From Candidatus Latescibacterota bacterium (GTDB taxonomy: Bacteria > Latescibacterota > UBA2968 > UBA8231): a stretch of 64,000 nucleotides of DNA. Positions 1-10,569 of this stretch are shown piece after piece. Where the stretch lies: assembly GCA_965248355.1 (NCBI GenBank), contig OZ252098.1, forward strand, positions 4,384,001-4,448,000. Reading direction: 5' to 3'. The first letter of the stretch is position 1, and each line of letters opens with the position of its first letter. The translations under genes were made by a program, and so were the position numbers. The notes under the pieces are model-generated. The model worked only from the letters and a program-made list of their open reading frames with translations. It was not told where the DNA came from and did not search any database.

Positions 1-71
1 CACGCTCAGGCCCCTGGGAGTGGCCATGGCGGGCCCCGAGACGCACGATCCCTACCGCGACTAGGGCGGTC

Positions 72-1811
72 ATGGAGCGACTCCTTCCCTTCCTCCGCTG
101 GCTCCCCGAACTTCGCCGCCCCGGCGTGCTGCGCCGCGACCTGGTCGCCGGCGTCACGGTGGCCGCCGTCCTCGTGCCGCAGGCCATGGCCTACGCCGAA
201 CTGGCCGGGCTGCCCTCGGTCTACGGCCTCTACGCCGCCTTCCTGCCGCCGGTGATCGCCGCCTTCTGGGGATCCTCCAGGCATCTGGCCACGGGACCCG
301 TGGCCATGGCCTCCCTCATCAGCGCCGCCGCCGTCGGGTCGGTGGCCGGGGCGGGCACCGAGGCCTTCGTCTCCTGCTCGATCCTGCTGGCCCTGATGGT
401 CGGGGTCCTGCGCCTGGCCCTCGGAGCGCTGAGGATGGGGATGCTCGTCAATCTGCTCTCCGTGCCGGTCATCGCCGGCTTCACCGCCGCCGCGGCCCTG
501 ATCATCGCCAGCTCCCAACTGCATCACCTCCTCGGTGTGACCGCCGAGACCGGGGCGTTCCATCTGGAGACCGTGGGCCGGGTCCTGGTGGCGGCCGGCG
601 CTGATCTTCGCTGGACGACGGTGGGCATGGGGGCCCTGGCCGCCGCGATCCTCTTCCTGCTCCGGCACCGGTTCGAGAAGGTCATCGCCGCCGTGATCGT
701 CACCACGGCCGTTTCCTGGGCGGTGGGCTTCGACGGGGAGGTGGTAGGGCACATACCCCGGGGCCTGCCCGCCTTCGAGCTGCCGGCCGTCGACCTCGGC
801 GCGGCCCTGAAGCTGCTGCCCGGGGCCGCGGTCCTGACCCTCATCGGCCTGATGGAGGCCATGTCGATCGCCAAGACGATCGCGGCGCGCAGCAGACAGC
901 ACATCGACGTCGACCAGGAGCTCGTCGGACAGGGCCTGGCCAACGTCGTGGGCAGCCTCTTCGGCTCCTATGCCGTCTCCGGATCGTTCTCGCGGTCCAT
1001 GGTCAACTTCACCAACGGCGCGGTCACGGGCTTCGCCTCCGCCGTGACCTCCGCCGCGGTCCTGCTCACCCTCCTGGTGCTCACACCCCTCTTCCACCAC
1101 CTGCCCCGGGCCACCCTGGCGGTCATCATCGTCGCCGCCGTCCTCGGCCTGTTCCGCATCCAACCGGTCCGCCGGGCCTGGAAGGTATCGCGCGCCGACG
1201 GCCTCATCGCCGCCGTCACCTTCTTCACCACCCTCGCCCTGGCGCCCGAACTCCACTGGGGCATCCTGATCGGTGTGGCCCTGTCCCTGCTGCAGTACCT
1301 GCGGCGCACGATGCGCCCCCACGTGGCCTACCTCGCCCGCCACCCGGAGGGCCATCTCGTCGACGCCGACGCCCACGGTCTGGCCCTCGGCCAGCGCATC
1401 GCCATCCTCCGCTTCGACGGACGCCTCTACTTCGGGGCCGCCGGCTACTTCGAGGACAAGGTGCTCGAGGCGCTGTCGAGGCTGCCCCAGCTGCGCTGTC
1501 TGGTGCTCGACGCCGGCGGCATCAACCAGATCGACGCCACCGGCGCCGAGGCCCTGCGCCGCGTCGTCGAGGAGCTGCGGGGTGTCGGCGTCGAGGTCCA
1601 CGTGACGCGCGTCAAGTACGACGTCTACCGAATCCTCGAGAGCACGGGGCTGGCCGACGAGATCGGCGCCGCCCGTTTCCACGACTGGAACCAGCATGTC
1701 CTGGAAGAGCTGTGGGACCGGATGGAGCCTTCGTACCGGGACCGCTGTCCTCTGAACGTGTCCACCCGAGCCGGCCCGGGTGGATCAGGTACGCACTCCG
1801 GCACGGGGTGA
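72..1811 (+). CDS. sulP: SulP family inorganic anion (sulfate) permease with C-terminal STAS domain
   Basis: DLVAGVTVAAVLVPQAMAYAELAGLPSVYGLY and GSSRHLATGP signature, many TM helices, STAS motifs FDGRLYFG and LDAGGINQIDATG. Confidence 0.95.
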   Translation: MERLLPFLRWLPELRRPGVLRRDLVAGVTVAAVLVPQAMAYAELAGLPSVYGLYAAFLPPVIAAFWGSSRHLATGPVAMASLISAAAVGSVAGAGTEAFVSCSILLALMVGVLRLALGALRMGMLVNLLSVPVIAGFTAAAALIIASSQLHHLLGVTAETGAFHLETVGRVLVAAGADLRWTTVGMGALAAAILFLLRHRFEKVIAAVIVTTAVSWAVGFDGEVVGHIPRGLPAFELPAVDLGAALKLLPGAAVLTLIGLMEAMSIAKTIAARSRQHIDVDQELVGQGLANVVGSLFGSYAVSGSFSRSMVNFTNGAVTGFASAVTSAAVLLTLLVLTPLFHHLPRATLAVIIVAAVLGLFRIQPVRRAWKVSRADGLIAAVTFFTTLALAPELHWGILIGVALSLLQYLRRTMRPHVAYLARHPEGHLVDADAHGLALGQRIAILRFDGRLYFGAAGYFEDKVLEALSRLPQLRCLVLDAGGINQIDATGAEALRRVVEELRGVGVEVHVTRVKYDVYRILESTGLADEIGAARFHDWNQHVLEELWDRMEPSYRDRCPLNVSTRAGPGGSGTHSGTG

Positions 1812-1906
1812 CCGTGCCGGAGTGCGGAGGAGCCGGCCGGGGGACGGCTGTCGAGGGTGGCGCGGTTTGGGGACGCAGAGCGCTCCGGCAGGCGCCGGAG
1901 CGGGCC

Positions 1907-2641
1907 TCAGGAGGCGGACGCCGTGCTGGGGTGGCGGCGGCCTCCGGGATACAGCCGCCCGACTTCGCGGCCGAAGCGGTAGGAGATGTCGACCGTCTCG
2001 ACGGGCTCGTCCCGGTAGTCGAACCGGGTCACGGCGCCGTGGATGGTCAGCGTCAGGTTGGCCACGTCGGCATGCAGGCTGCGGAACACGAGGAAGCCCT
2101 CCAGCTCCTGGCCGCTGAAGATCATCTCCTTGGGGAACATCGTCCGGTTCAGCAGGTCCTGCCGCTCGCGGAAGCGGCCGTACTCGTTGCCGCGGTAGCC
2201 CTGGACGTAGGCCCGGAAGTAGGTGGTCAGCTGAAGGATGTCGAGAGCCCAGTACTCCCGCCCGTTGTCGGAGAACAGGGCGATCTTCTTCGGGTCGACG
2301 AGGACCTTGGGATACTCGTAGTTCTTGACGCTCAGCAGGAAGACGGTGAACCGGTCCTCCGATTCCTGCTCCGGCCGCTCGGCATTGCCGAAGGTGTAGG
2401 GATTGGTCGAATGGACGCCGGCCGTGGAGGCCGTCTGAAACCGCCGGTTGAGCTCGCCCTCGGTCATGGGCCGCACGCGGATCTCCAGGCGCCCCTGCGT
2501 GAAGTGGATGCCCCCGTCGTCCTGAACCTCCAGGGAGGAGGCCTGGGACTCGAGAGGCTGCAGGGGCTCGGCGTAGTAGGAGTATCCGCAGCCGAGGGTG
2601 GTGAGCAGGAAAAGCGGCAGGGAGGCTCCGAGGTGTCTCAT
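1907..2641 (-). CDS. Uncharacterised lipoprotein (244 aa)
   Basis: Signal peptide with lipobox LLTTLG-C, beta-rich mature region, preceded by a strong sigma70-like promoter. Confidence 0.8.
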   Translation of the reverse strand: MRHLGASLPLFLLTTLGCGYSYYAEPLQPLESQASSLEVQDDGGIHFTQGRLEIRVRPMTEGELNRRFQTASTAGVHSTNPYTFGNAERPEQESEDRFTVFLLSVKNYEYPKVLVDPKKIALFSDNGREYWALDILQLTTYFRAYVQGYRGNEYGRFRERQDLLNRTMFPKEMIFSGQELEGFLVFRSLHADVANLTLTIHGAVTRFDYRDEPVETVDISYRFGREVGRLYPGGRRHPSTASAS

Positions 2642-2686
2642 CTTCCGTCCTCCGGCGAGGGCGAGTACCTTGCTCAGATGGTTTCC

Positions 2687-2715
2687 AGTATACTCCGCCC
2701 CTCTCCGAGGGGCAA
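2687..2715 (-). promoter_or_regulatory. Putative sigma70 promoter for the lipoprotein gene
   Basis: Minus strand TTGCCC-17 nt-TATACT, about 45 nt upstream of the ATG at 2641. Confidence 0.55.
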
Positions 2716-2747
2716 GCCTCTCGCCGAGCGCTGAACGGCCCGGTCCG

Positions 2748-5708
2748 GTGTCGATCCGTGCCGTCCTGCTCGCCGCGGCGGTCTGGCTGCCGGCCCCGGG
2801 CTGTCTGTCCGAGGGAGATCGGGACCCGGTTCGGCCCGGATCTCCGATCCGCTTCGTGGAACGGGCGGCCGAGGCCGGTCTCGACTTCGAGCACGTCTCC
2901 GGCAGTCCGGAACAGCGCTACATCCTCGAGTCCATGTCGGCGGGCGCCGTGTTCTTCGACACCGACGGCGATCGCGATCAGGACCTCTTCCTGGTCAACA
3001 GCTCGCGTGTGGCCGCCCATCCGGCGGGCGTGGGCAACCGCCTCTATCTCAACGTCCCCGGACGGGACGGGGGCCGGGCCTTCGAGGACGCGACCCTCGC
3101 TTCGGGCCTGGGACGGAGCGGCTGGGGCATGGGCGCCGCCGCCGGCGATACCGACAACGACGGCGACGTCGACCTCTACGTGACCTACTGGGGGGAGAAC
3201 GTCCTCTACGAGAGCGCCGGCGACGGCCGCTTCACCGACGTCACCGTTGCCGCCGGGGTCGGGGATCCCGGGTGGGGTACCAGCGCCGCCTTCGGCGACC
3301 TCGACAACGACGGCCTGCTCGATCTCTTCGTCGCCAACTACCTCGTATTCGACCTGGAGGACCCGCCGGGAGGAGGCCTGCCCTGCAGTGGCTGGCGGGG
3401 GCTGGACGTCTACTGCGGCCCCCAAGGCCTGGAGCCGCAGAGCAACATCCTCTACCGCAACGAAGGGGTCGGGCGGTTCTCCGACCGCAGCCGGGAGACC
3501 GGCGTCTCCGGCCACCGGCAGCCGAGTCTCGGGGTGGTTCTCGGCGACTACGACGACGACGGCGACCAGGATCTCTACGTGGCCAACGACGGCTACCCCA
3601 ACCTCCTCTACCGCAACGACGGCCCCTGGCGGCTGACCGAGGTCGCCGCCTGGGCGGGCACCGCCTACAGCGAGGACGGCAGGCTGCAGGCCGGCATGGG
3701 CGTGGCCTCGGCCGATTACGACCAGGACGGGGACCTGGACCTGTTCGTCACGAACTTCTCGGACGACGTCAACACCCTCTATCAGAACCAGGGAGGAGGG
3801 CGCTTCCGCGACCACACGGGGGCCGCCGGTCTGGCCGCCGGCGCCCGTCCCTTCCTCGGCTGGTCCACGGCCTTCTTCGACGCCGACGCCGACGGCTGGC
3901 TCGACCTCTTCGTGGCCAACGGCCACATCTACCCCCAAGTCGACATGCTGCCCTCCGGCACCCGCTACGCTCAGCGGAACCTCCTCTACCGCAATCTGGG
4001 TGGACGGTTTCAACTGGTTGACGGAGGTCCCGGGATGGCGCTGGTCCGGGTCAGCCGCGGAGCGGCGCTGGGGGACTACGACAACGACGGCGACGCCGAT
4101 CTGCTGGTGATCAACCTCAACGAGCCGCCGGACCTGCTGCACAACGCCGGCCAGCCGCGGCGCTGGCTCGGGGTGCGGCTGCGCGGACGGCGGGGCAACC
4201 GCGACGCCATCGGAGCCAGGGTCCGGCTGCACAGCGGAGGCCTCGTGCAGACGCGCGAGGTCCAGCGGGCCGTGGGCTACCTGTCGCAGAGCGATCCACG
4301 CTTGCGGTTCGGCTTGGGAGAGGGGGCCCTGGCGGACAGTCTGGTCGTGCGCTGGCCCGGCGGCCGGCGGCAGGTGCTGCGCGGCCTGACGCCGGGGAGC
4401 TATCACGTGGTCGAAGAGGGCGTGGCCGAGCCCGTGGCCTCCTACGCCGGTTCCGACACCCTGTCCTTCCCCGGTGCCCCGGATCTGGTCGCCGTGTCCG
4501 AACCTGCTCCCGCCGCCGTCTACGAGCCCGGGGCCGGCGGCACGGTGGAGGAGCACTACCGCCGCGGCCGGGAGCTGTATGACCAGGGCCGCTACGAGGA
4601 GGCTGTCGCCGCCTTCCGGTGGCTGGTGGAGCGGCATCCCGACTTCCTTCCGGGGCGCTACTCGCTGGCGGTGGGCCTCTACTCGGCCATGGGCCGCATC
4701 GACGAGGCCCGGGTGATTCTCGAAGAGATCGTGTCCCTGGACTCGACGCGGGCCGAAGCCTTCCGCCTCCTCGGCGTCGTCCACCTGAGCCAGGACCGGC
4801 CCCGGGAGGCGGTCGCCGCCCTGCGGCGGGCCGTGGGACTCGACTCGGCGGACTGGGACGGCCACACCCGGCTCGGGCTGGCCCTGGTGCGGCTGGACGA
4901 GGCGGAGCCGGCGGCCGCGGCCTTCCGGAAGGCCGCCCGGCTGGCCCCGTGGAAGCCGCAGCCCCATCTGCACCTGGCGGACCTCTACGAGCGGCAGGGG
5001 CGCCCCCGGGAGGCGCTGGAGCACCGCGAGACCTTCGACCGGCTGAGACCCGCGGAGGAGGCGGTGCGGCGCGCCCGGCGTCAGGTGCGCGAGTTCCCCG
5101 GGCAGGCCCGGCTCCACTACCGCCTCGGGCTGGCCTACCTGGCCCAGGCGCGCAACACGACCGCGGCCGGTGCCTTCGGCGCCGCCCTCGGCCTGGATTC
5201 GACCCTGGCCGCCGCCCACCACGGCCTGGGCGCGGCCCATCACATGCGCGGCGAGCTGGCCGAGGCGATCGGAGCCTACCGCCGGGCCGCGCGGTGGGAC
5301 CCGGGGAGGCTCTCCAGTCACGCGGACCTCGCCCAGGCATGCCTGGAAGCGCGCCGTTTCGAGGAGGCCGTATCCGCCCTGGACGCGGCCCTTCAACTCG
5401 ATCCGGAGCGCCTCGAGCTGCGCACCCGCCGCGGCCTGGCGGCGGCCATGGCCGGGCGCATCGACGACGGCCTGCGCGATCTGCGGGCGGTGCTGCGGGC
5501 GGACCCGGGCCGGGTCGACAACCGCGCGGCCCTGGCCGAGGTCTACATGGTGGGGGGCCGTCTGCCGCAGGCGGTGGAAGAGTGGGAGGCCGTGCTGCGG
5601 CTCGAGCCGGACCATCCGAGGGCCGGGCCTCGCCTGCGCCAGCTGCGGCTTCGAATGGCCGGGGCTGATACCGGGGCGCCGGCTGGGGTGCCTTCCGGGG
5701 CGCCTTAG
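2748..5708 (+). CDS. CRTAC1-family FG-GAP repeat / ASPIC-UnbV protein with C-terminal TPR array
   Basis: Repeated GDxDxDGDxDL motifs, GYLSQSDPRLRFGLG (ASPIC/UnbV), about 10 TPRs; start inferred at GTG 2748 before the signal peptide (ORF open from 2598). Confidence 0.88.
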   Translation: MSIRAVLLAAAVWLPAPGCLSEGDRDPVRPGSPIRFVERAAEAGLDFEHVSGSPEQRYILESMSAGAVFFDTDGDRDQDLFLVNSSRVAAHPAGVGNRLYLNVPGRDGGRAFEDATLASGLGRSGWGMGAAAGDTDNDGDVDLYVTYWGENVLYESAGDGRFTDVTVAAGVGDPGWGTSAAFGDLDNDGLLDLFVANYLVFDLEDPPGGGLPCSGWRGLDVYCGPQGLEPQSNILYRNEGVGRFSDRSRETGVSGHRQPSLGVVLGDYDDDGDQDLYVANDGYPNLLYRNDGPWRLTEVAAWAGTAYSEDGRLQAGMGVASADYDQDGDLDLFVTNFSDDVNTLYQNQGGGRFRDHTGAAGLAAGARPFLGWSTAFFDADADGWLDLFVANGHIYPQVDMLPSGTRYAQRNLLYRNLGGRFQLVDGGPGMALVRVSRGAALGDYDNDGDADLLVINLNEPPDLLHNAGQPRRWLGVRLRGRRGNRDAIGARVRLHSGGLVQTREVQRAVGYLSQSDPRLRFGLGEGALADSLVVRWPGGRRQVLRGLTPGSYHVVEEGVAEPVASYAGSDTLSFPGAPDLVAVSEPAPAAVYEPGAGGTVEEHYRRGRELYDQGRYEEAVAAFRWLVERHPDFLPGRYSLAVGLYSAMGRIDEARVILEEIVSLDSTRAEAFRLLGVVHLSQDRPREAVAALRRAVGLDSADWDGHTRLGLALVRLDEAEPAAAAFRKAARLAPWKPQPHLHLADLYERQGRPREALEHRETFDRLRPAEEAVRRARRQVREFPGQARLHYRLGLAYLAQARNTTAAGAFGAALGLDSTLAAAHHGLGAAHHMRGELAEAIGAYRRAARWDPGRLSSHADLAQACLEARRFEEAVSALDAALQLDPERLELRTRRGLAAAMAGRIDDGLRDLRAVLRADPGRVDNRAALAEVYMVGGRLPQAVEEWEAVLRLEPDHPRAGPRLRQLRLRMAGADTGAPAGVPSGAP

Positions 5709-5774
5709 GAGGCGCCTTCCTTCTCGCGGTCTCGCGCCGGCCGCCGCCGGTTCCGGGGCCGTCCGCAGAACCCT

Positions 5775-8700
5775 TCAGGGGCTCTCCAAGGAGCCCAGCA
5801 CCTGCGCCGCCATGGACATCTCCACCCCCCTCGCCCGGGCCGCGGCCAGTTGCTGCCTCGCCTCCTCGCCGCGGCCGCCCGCGGCCAGGGCCACGACCAA
5901 GTTGTTGCAGGCCGCCCGGTTTCTCGGCGCCAGGCGCACCGCCTCCCGGAAGTGGCCGACGGCTTCTTCAAGCCGGCCCTCTCCGTCGAGGAGCACGCCG
6001 GCGGCGATGTGGGCCCGGACGTAATCGGGTCTCAGCCTCAGGGCCTCCACCTGCGCGGCCAGGGCCTCGGCCCTCCGGCCCTGGCCAGCCAGCAGGGTTC
6101 CCAGGCTGTAGTGCGCTTCCGCCAGACCCGGGTCGGCCTTCAGCGCCCGCCGGTAGTGGACGGCGGCGGCCTCCGGGTCGCCCTGCAGGCGCCGGATGTT
6201 TCCGAGGCCCAGGTGGGAGGCGGCCGAACCGGGGGTCAGCTCGAGGCCTCGCTCCAGGGCCCGTGCCGCCCCGGCCAGATCACCGGCCGCGGCCAGCACC
6301 AGGCCCAGGTCCTGGTGCGCCCGGGCTCCGTCGGGCCGCTGCAGGATGGCCCGCCGCAGCACCTGCGCGGCCCGGGGGTGAAGACCGGCCTTGGCCTGGC
6401 GATCGGCGAGTCCCAACAGCTCCCGGTAGGTGCGTCCCTCGAGGGCCGTCTCCTCGACCTGGGCCAGGCGGCCGGTGCGCTCCAGGAGGATGAGGAGCCC
6501 CGGGTGGTCCGGCCGCAGGCTCCGGGCCCGCTCGAGGTGGGCCTGCCACCCCGGTTGGCGCCGCTCCCGCCGCAGGGTCGCCTCCACCACCAACGCGCTC
6601 GCCTCCCGCGTGCGCTCGAGCGCTTCGAGGAGGTCACCGTCCCGCACCGGGTCCAGGCCTGTCAGGTAGGCCGCCACCGGCCGGCGCTGCCGGGAGAGCA
6701 GCTCATAGACCGCCAACTGGCTGTGCAGGCTGGGCTTGGAGGGCGCGAACTCGAGCACCGGGCGGTCCACGGTGTGCAGGGGCGCGCCGGCCAGCTCGCC
6801 GGCCAGGCCGCTCTCGTCGGTGAGGAAGCAGTCCAGCAGCAGCACGGGGTCGCCGAGGCGCACCTGGGCGAGTCCGGCGGCGGCCTGATCCGCGAAGCGG
6901 TCCAGGAAGCCCGCCGCATCGATGCGCAGCGGTTCCAGGGAGCCGACGAGCAGGGCGTGCTTGGTGTAGTGCGTGTTGGCCGCCCAGATCGTGAAGTGGG
7001 GGAAGACGGAGTGGAAGGTGCGCAGGATGGTGAGGAAGCTCTGCAACCGCATGTCCAGGGGCAGCCAGCTGGTCATCAGCCCCCCGGGCCGCAGCCGTTC
7101 CCTCCCGGCGGCGAAGTGCTCGCGCGTGTAGAGGCCGGAGTTGCCGGCGTAGTACGGCCAGATCGAGTCGTTGAGGATCAGGTCGTAGCTTCGCCGGGTG
7201 AGGCGCAGGAAGCTGGCGCCGTCGGTGACGAAGGGCGTGACCGACGGATGGCCCAGGACGCCGTGGTTGATGTCCCGAAAGAAACCGTCCGCCTCATCGA
7301 GGACCGACCGGCTGATCTCGGCCACGTCGAGGGAACAGCCCGGGTAGCCGGTGAGGATGCGGGCCGTCTCTCCCGATCCGAAGCCGATTTGCAGCACCTG
7401 ACGGGGCTCCCGGTGCAGCAGCGCCGGGATGTGGGCCTGCAGCATCTGGGTCGTGCGCAGGGTCAGGGTCGTGCCCGCCACGTTGATCGATCCGGTGGAG
7501 ATCACCCGGTCGCCGTTGGGCAGCTCGTGCACGGTGGTGATCCCGCCGGCGCCCTCCCGCGCGTGCAGGAGGCGCGTGCGGCTGTCGACCTCCCGTTCCC
7601 CCGCGTTGTACAACCGGAAGAGCAGGTCCGACGGCAGCACCAGGAGCCCCAACCCCGCCGCCGCCCAGGAGGCGACGATGGCGCGGCGCCAGGCCGTCGA
7701 GTGGCGCCGGACCCGCGCCGGGGCCGCCACCAGGACGGCAGCCGCCAGGGCGAGGTTGACACAGGCCAGCAGCGCCAGGCTGTGCTGGGTCCCGAGGAGG
7801 GGGGCCAGACAGAAGCCTCCCATGAGCGAGCCGAGCACGGCCCCCGCGGTATTGGCGGCGTAGACGCGCCCCACGGCCTCGCCGACGCCTCGTCCCGGGG
7901 CCGCCAGTCGAGCTACGAGGGGCAGGGACATCCCCATCATCAGGGTCGGGGGCAGCATGACCGCCGCCGAAAACCCCAGCTGGCGGAGGGTGCGCGCCCC
8001 CCACGATCCGTCGGCGGCCACCTGGACACTCTCGAGACCGCCGATGACGAAGATCGAGACCAGGGCCGACAGACCGATGCCGGCCTGCAGTCCGCTCAGC
8101 CGGCGCCAGGCGGAGGCGGGTCCTCGCTCCCGGAGGCCCCGCTCCCAGGCGCCGAGCAGCAGTCCTCCGAGTCCGAGGCCGGTGAGGAAGGTGGTCAGCA
8201 TCACCGAGAAGGCGTAGGTGGTGGTCTTGAGCTTGAAGACCAGCAGCCGGGTCCACAGGACCTCGTAACCGAGGGCGGAGAACCCGGAGGCGGCCGCGAC
8301 GCCGAGAAGCAGGAGCGTGGCGGGCCCGGGCGCTTCCGGCGCGGAAGGGGCGGCCTCCGGACCCGGAGCGGACCTGGGCCCACGCCGGCGGTGCACGCTG
8401 CGCAGCACCAGGAAAGCGGCCGCCAGCAGCAGGTTGAGGGCCGCGGCGGCGGCGATGCTGCCGCGCACGCCGAGATGCTCCACCAGGAAGAAGCCGGTGA
8501 TCAGGCAGCCCGCGGCGGCGCCCGCCGTGTTCAGTCCGTAGAGCATTCCCACGCCGCCGGCCAGGTCTCGCGGCTGCCGGATCAGGTAGCGGCTGAGCAC
8601 CGGCAGGGTGCCTCCCATCAGGAAGCTGGGCGCCATCAGCAGGAGGAAGGCCAGCAGCCCGCGGCAGACCGTCAGCAGCCAGAGGCTGTGCGGGGCGGCC

Positions 8701-8996
8701 CTGAACAGGAGGCCGTACAACCCGTCCATCCGGTCCAGGACCGGGATGACGGCCACCGCCGAGAGCGCGATTCCGACCTCGATGGCGGCGTAGAGTCCGA
8801 GCTCGTCACCCGGCCGCCGGTCTACGCGGCGTCCGAAGTACCAGTTGCCCAGGGCCAACCCGGCCATGAAGGCCGCGAGCACGGCGCTGACCGCGTAGGT
8901 CGTGTTGCCGAAGACGAAGGCGAAGGCCCGCGTCCAGGCGACCTCGTAGATCAGGCCGGTGACGCCGGACAGCAGGAAGAGGACGCGGAGAGCCAT
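5775..8996 (-). CDS. Fused membrane domain / spermidine-synthase-like SAM-dependent domain / TPR protein
   Basis: SGVTGLIYEVAWTR and YGLNTAGA TM repeats, QIGFGSG SAM motif, DGASFL...YDLILND, C-terminal TPRs. Confidence 0.88.
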   Translation of the reverse strand: MALRVLFLLSGVTGLIYEVAWTRAFAFVFGNTTYAVSAVLAAFMAGLALGNWYFGRRVDRRPGDELGLYAAIEVGIALSAVAVIPVLDRMDGLYGLLFRAAPHSLWLLTVCRGLLAFLLLMAPSFLMGGTLPVLSRYLIRQPRDLAGGVGMLYGLNTAGAAAGCLITGFFLVEHLGVRGSIAAAAALNLLLAAAFLVLRSVHRRRGPRSAPGPEAAPSAPEAPGPATLLLLGVAAASGFSALGYEVLWTRLLVFKLKTTTYAFSVMLTTFLTGLGLGGLLLGAWERGLRERGPASAWRRLSGLQAGIGLSALVSIFVIGGLESVQVAADGSWGARTLRQLGFSAAVMLPPTLMMGMSLPLVARLAAPGRGVGEAVGRVYAANTAGAVLGSLMGGFCLAPLLGTQHSLALLACVNLALAAAVLVAAPARVRRHSTAWRRAIVASWAAAGLGLLVLPSDLLFRLYNAGEREVDSRTRLLHAREGAGGITTVHELPNGDRVISTGSINVAGTTLTLRTTQMLQAHIPALLHREPRQVLQIGFGSGETARILTGYPGCSLDVAEISRSVLDEADGFFRDINHGVLGHPSVTPFVTDGASFLRLTRRSYDLILNDSIWPYYAGNSGLYTREHFAAGRERLRPGGLMTSWLPLDMRLQSFLTILRTFHSVFPHFTIWAANTHYTKHALLVGSLEPLRIDAAGFLDRFADQAAAGLAQVRLGDPVLLLDCFLTDESGLAGELAGAPLHTVDRPVLEFAPSKPSLHSQLAVYELLSRQRRPVAAYLTGLDPVRDGDLLEALERTREASALVVEATLRRERRQPGWQAHLERARSLRPDHPGLLILLERTGRLAQVEETALEGRTYRELLGLADRQAKAGLHPRAAQVLRRAILQRPDGARAHQDLGLVLAAAGDLAGAARALERGLELTPGSAASHLGLGNIRRLQGDPEAAAVHYRRALKADPGLAEAHYSLGTLLAGQGRRAEALAAQVEALRLRPDYVRAHIAAGVLLDGEGRLEEAVGHFREAVRLAPRNRAACNNLVVALAAGGRGEEARQQLAAARARGVEMSMAAQVLGSLESP

Positions 8997-8997
8997 C

Positions 8998-10569
8998 TCA
9001 GGCACCCAGGCGCCGCAGGGCGGCGTCGAGGTCCGGCCGGCGCCGGGGAGGGACGAAGGAGACGGCCTTGCGGAGGAGAGCCAGTCCCCCCGCCCGGCGG
9101 AAGCGCTCCCGGTCGGCGGTAGTCAGCCGTCCGAAGAGGGTCAACTGCCGCTCGACCAGTTCCGCCACCCGTTCGCGCAGCAGCGGCGGCGGGGAGAGGT
9201 AGGGCATGTTGCGCAGGAAGAAGATCAGGTCGTTGTGGGCCAGGGCGTCCGCCAGCCCGGTGTAGCCGAGGCGGTCCCGGCAGGACTCGAAGCCGGCCGC
9301 CGGCCGCGGGGTTCCCCATCCGGAGGCCGGGTCGCGGGCGGCCATCTCCTCGATCAAGGTGCGGGCCAGCAGGTAGTGGCCGTAGATCGTGGGGTGCAGG
9401 TAGTCGGTCATCAGCCTGTTGCCGACGATGCCCGCGGGGGAGGCCGCGGCAAAGGCGGCCTCCACGTCGGAGACGATCACGTTGGCATGGCGCCGGCCGG
9501 TCTCCCGCAGGATCTCGTTGAACACCGCCGGGGCGCGAAAAGGCACGCGGTCCAGGTCGCGGGCCAGGCGGAAGGAGGCCAGGGCCTCGCGGCCTCTCCC
9601 CTCCATCTCCTGCAGCCGGCCCAGCTCGAAATGGGCGGCGGCGCACTGCGGCGATTTCCTCAGCGATTCTCCGGCCAGGACTCGCAACGGCTCCCTCCGT
9701 CCCTGACGGCGGAGGGCCCCCGCTTCGGCGGCCAGGTCCGCGCCGGTGCCGCCGCTGCACTCCGAGCGCAGGGGATAGAACCCGCCGAGGTTCGACACGA
9801 GGGTTCCCAGCAGGACCGGGACGCCTCTCTCGGCGGCGGCGTCCGCCAGGTCGTCGAGATTGGCCCGGTAGTTGTCCGCCGTACTCGCGTAGCTGCCATG
9901 GGTCCAGTCGATCTGCTCGGTCACCAGGTGCAGCCCGAAGCGCGGCGGCTCCCCAGCGGCCAGCGAGGACAGGCCGAAGACCAGCTCCCTGGCGGCGTGG
10001 TAGAGCCGGGATCTCTCCAGCTGCATGTGCGCCCGGATCAGCCACCGCGCGTTGCCCAGCCGCACGAAAGGCGTCGTCGGGCCGTAGGGGCCCACGAACT
10101 CGTTGTGGCCCATGTAGAGGACGATCAGGTCCGGATCGTAGTCGAGGATCTCGCGCGCGAAGTCGAGGACGCAGTGGCTGTTGACGGCCGTGATTCCGCA
10201 GTTGATGACCTCGAAGCGGCGGTCCGGGAAGGCGTCGGCGAGCATCAGCTGGAGAAAGCTCGGGAAGTCGAGACCGGGGGCGTTGGGGAAGCCCACGAGG
10301 GTGGAGCCCCCGAGAGCGAAGAGGCGCACCGTACCCGGCGCCTTGCGGGCGGCGAAGTCGCTGGCCACCGGCCGGCGGAGCAGGTGAGGGGGAAAGAAGC
10401 GGTGCGTGACCTCGGGATTGACGGTGTAGGTCCGCGAGGTCTCGTCGAGCAGGAACAGGTTGTTCGGCGGTCCGTAGCCGACCGCCCGGAGGCCGAGTTC
10501 CGCCAGCCCGAGAACCCCGAAGCCCCCCAGCAGGGCCAGAAGGTTGGCCCTGCTGGGCCGGGGCCTCAG
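8998..10569 (-). CDS. Membrane-anchored SGNH/GDSL-like hydrolase with TPR insertion (probable CTG start)
   Basis: Blocks GGST, INCG, YMGHNEF, DYLHPT; N-terminal TM helix ending LAELGLR; start uncertain, CTG at 10569 overlaps upstream TGA. Confidence 0.75.
   Translation of the reverse strand: MRPRPSRANLLALLGGFGVLGLAELGLRAVGYGPPNNLFLLDETSRTYTVNPEVTHRFFPPHLLRRPVASDFAARKAPGTVRLFALGGSTLVGFPNAPGLDFPSFLQLMLADAFPDRRFEVINCGITAVNSHCVLDFAREILDYDPDLIVLYMGHNEFVGPYGPTTPFVRLGNARWLIRAHMQLERSRLYHAARELVFGLSSLAAGEPPRFGLHLVTEQIDWTHGSYASTADNYRANLDDLADAAAERGVPVLLGTLVSNLGGFYPLRSECSGGTGADLAAEAGALRRQGRREPLRVLAGESLRKSPQCAAAHFELGRLQEMEGRGREALASFRLARDLDRVPFRAPAVFNEILRETGRRHANVIVSDVEAAFAAASPAGIVGNRLMTDYLHPTIYGHYLLARTLIEEMAARDPASGWGTPRPAAGFESCRDRLGYTGLADALAHNDLIFFLRNMPYLSPPPLLRERVAELVERQLTLFGRLTTADRERFRRAGGLALLRKAVSFVPPRRRPDLDAALRRLGA

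Noticed and set aside
2960..4110. Recurring GACxACGACGGCGAC DNA repeats (also 34360-35500)
   Set aside because: They encode FG-GAP DxDxDG motifs; spacing is irregular and coding, so not a CRISPR array
5698..5725. Hairpin GGCGCCT-TAGG-AGGCGCC between convergent genes
   Set aside because: Weak U tract; possible terminator but not well enough supported to call
6..9122. Long antisense ORFs (6..1697, 1785..5615, 5850..9122)
   Set aside because: Shadow frames of real genes caused by high GC3; no motifs and unnatural composition
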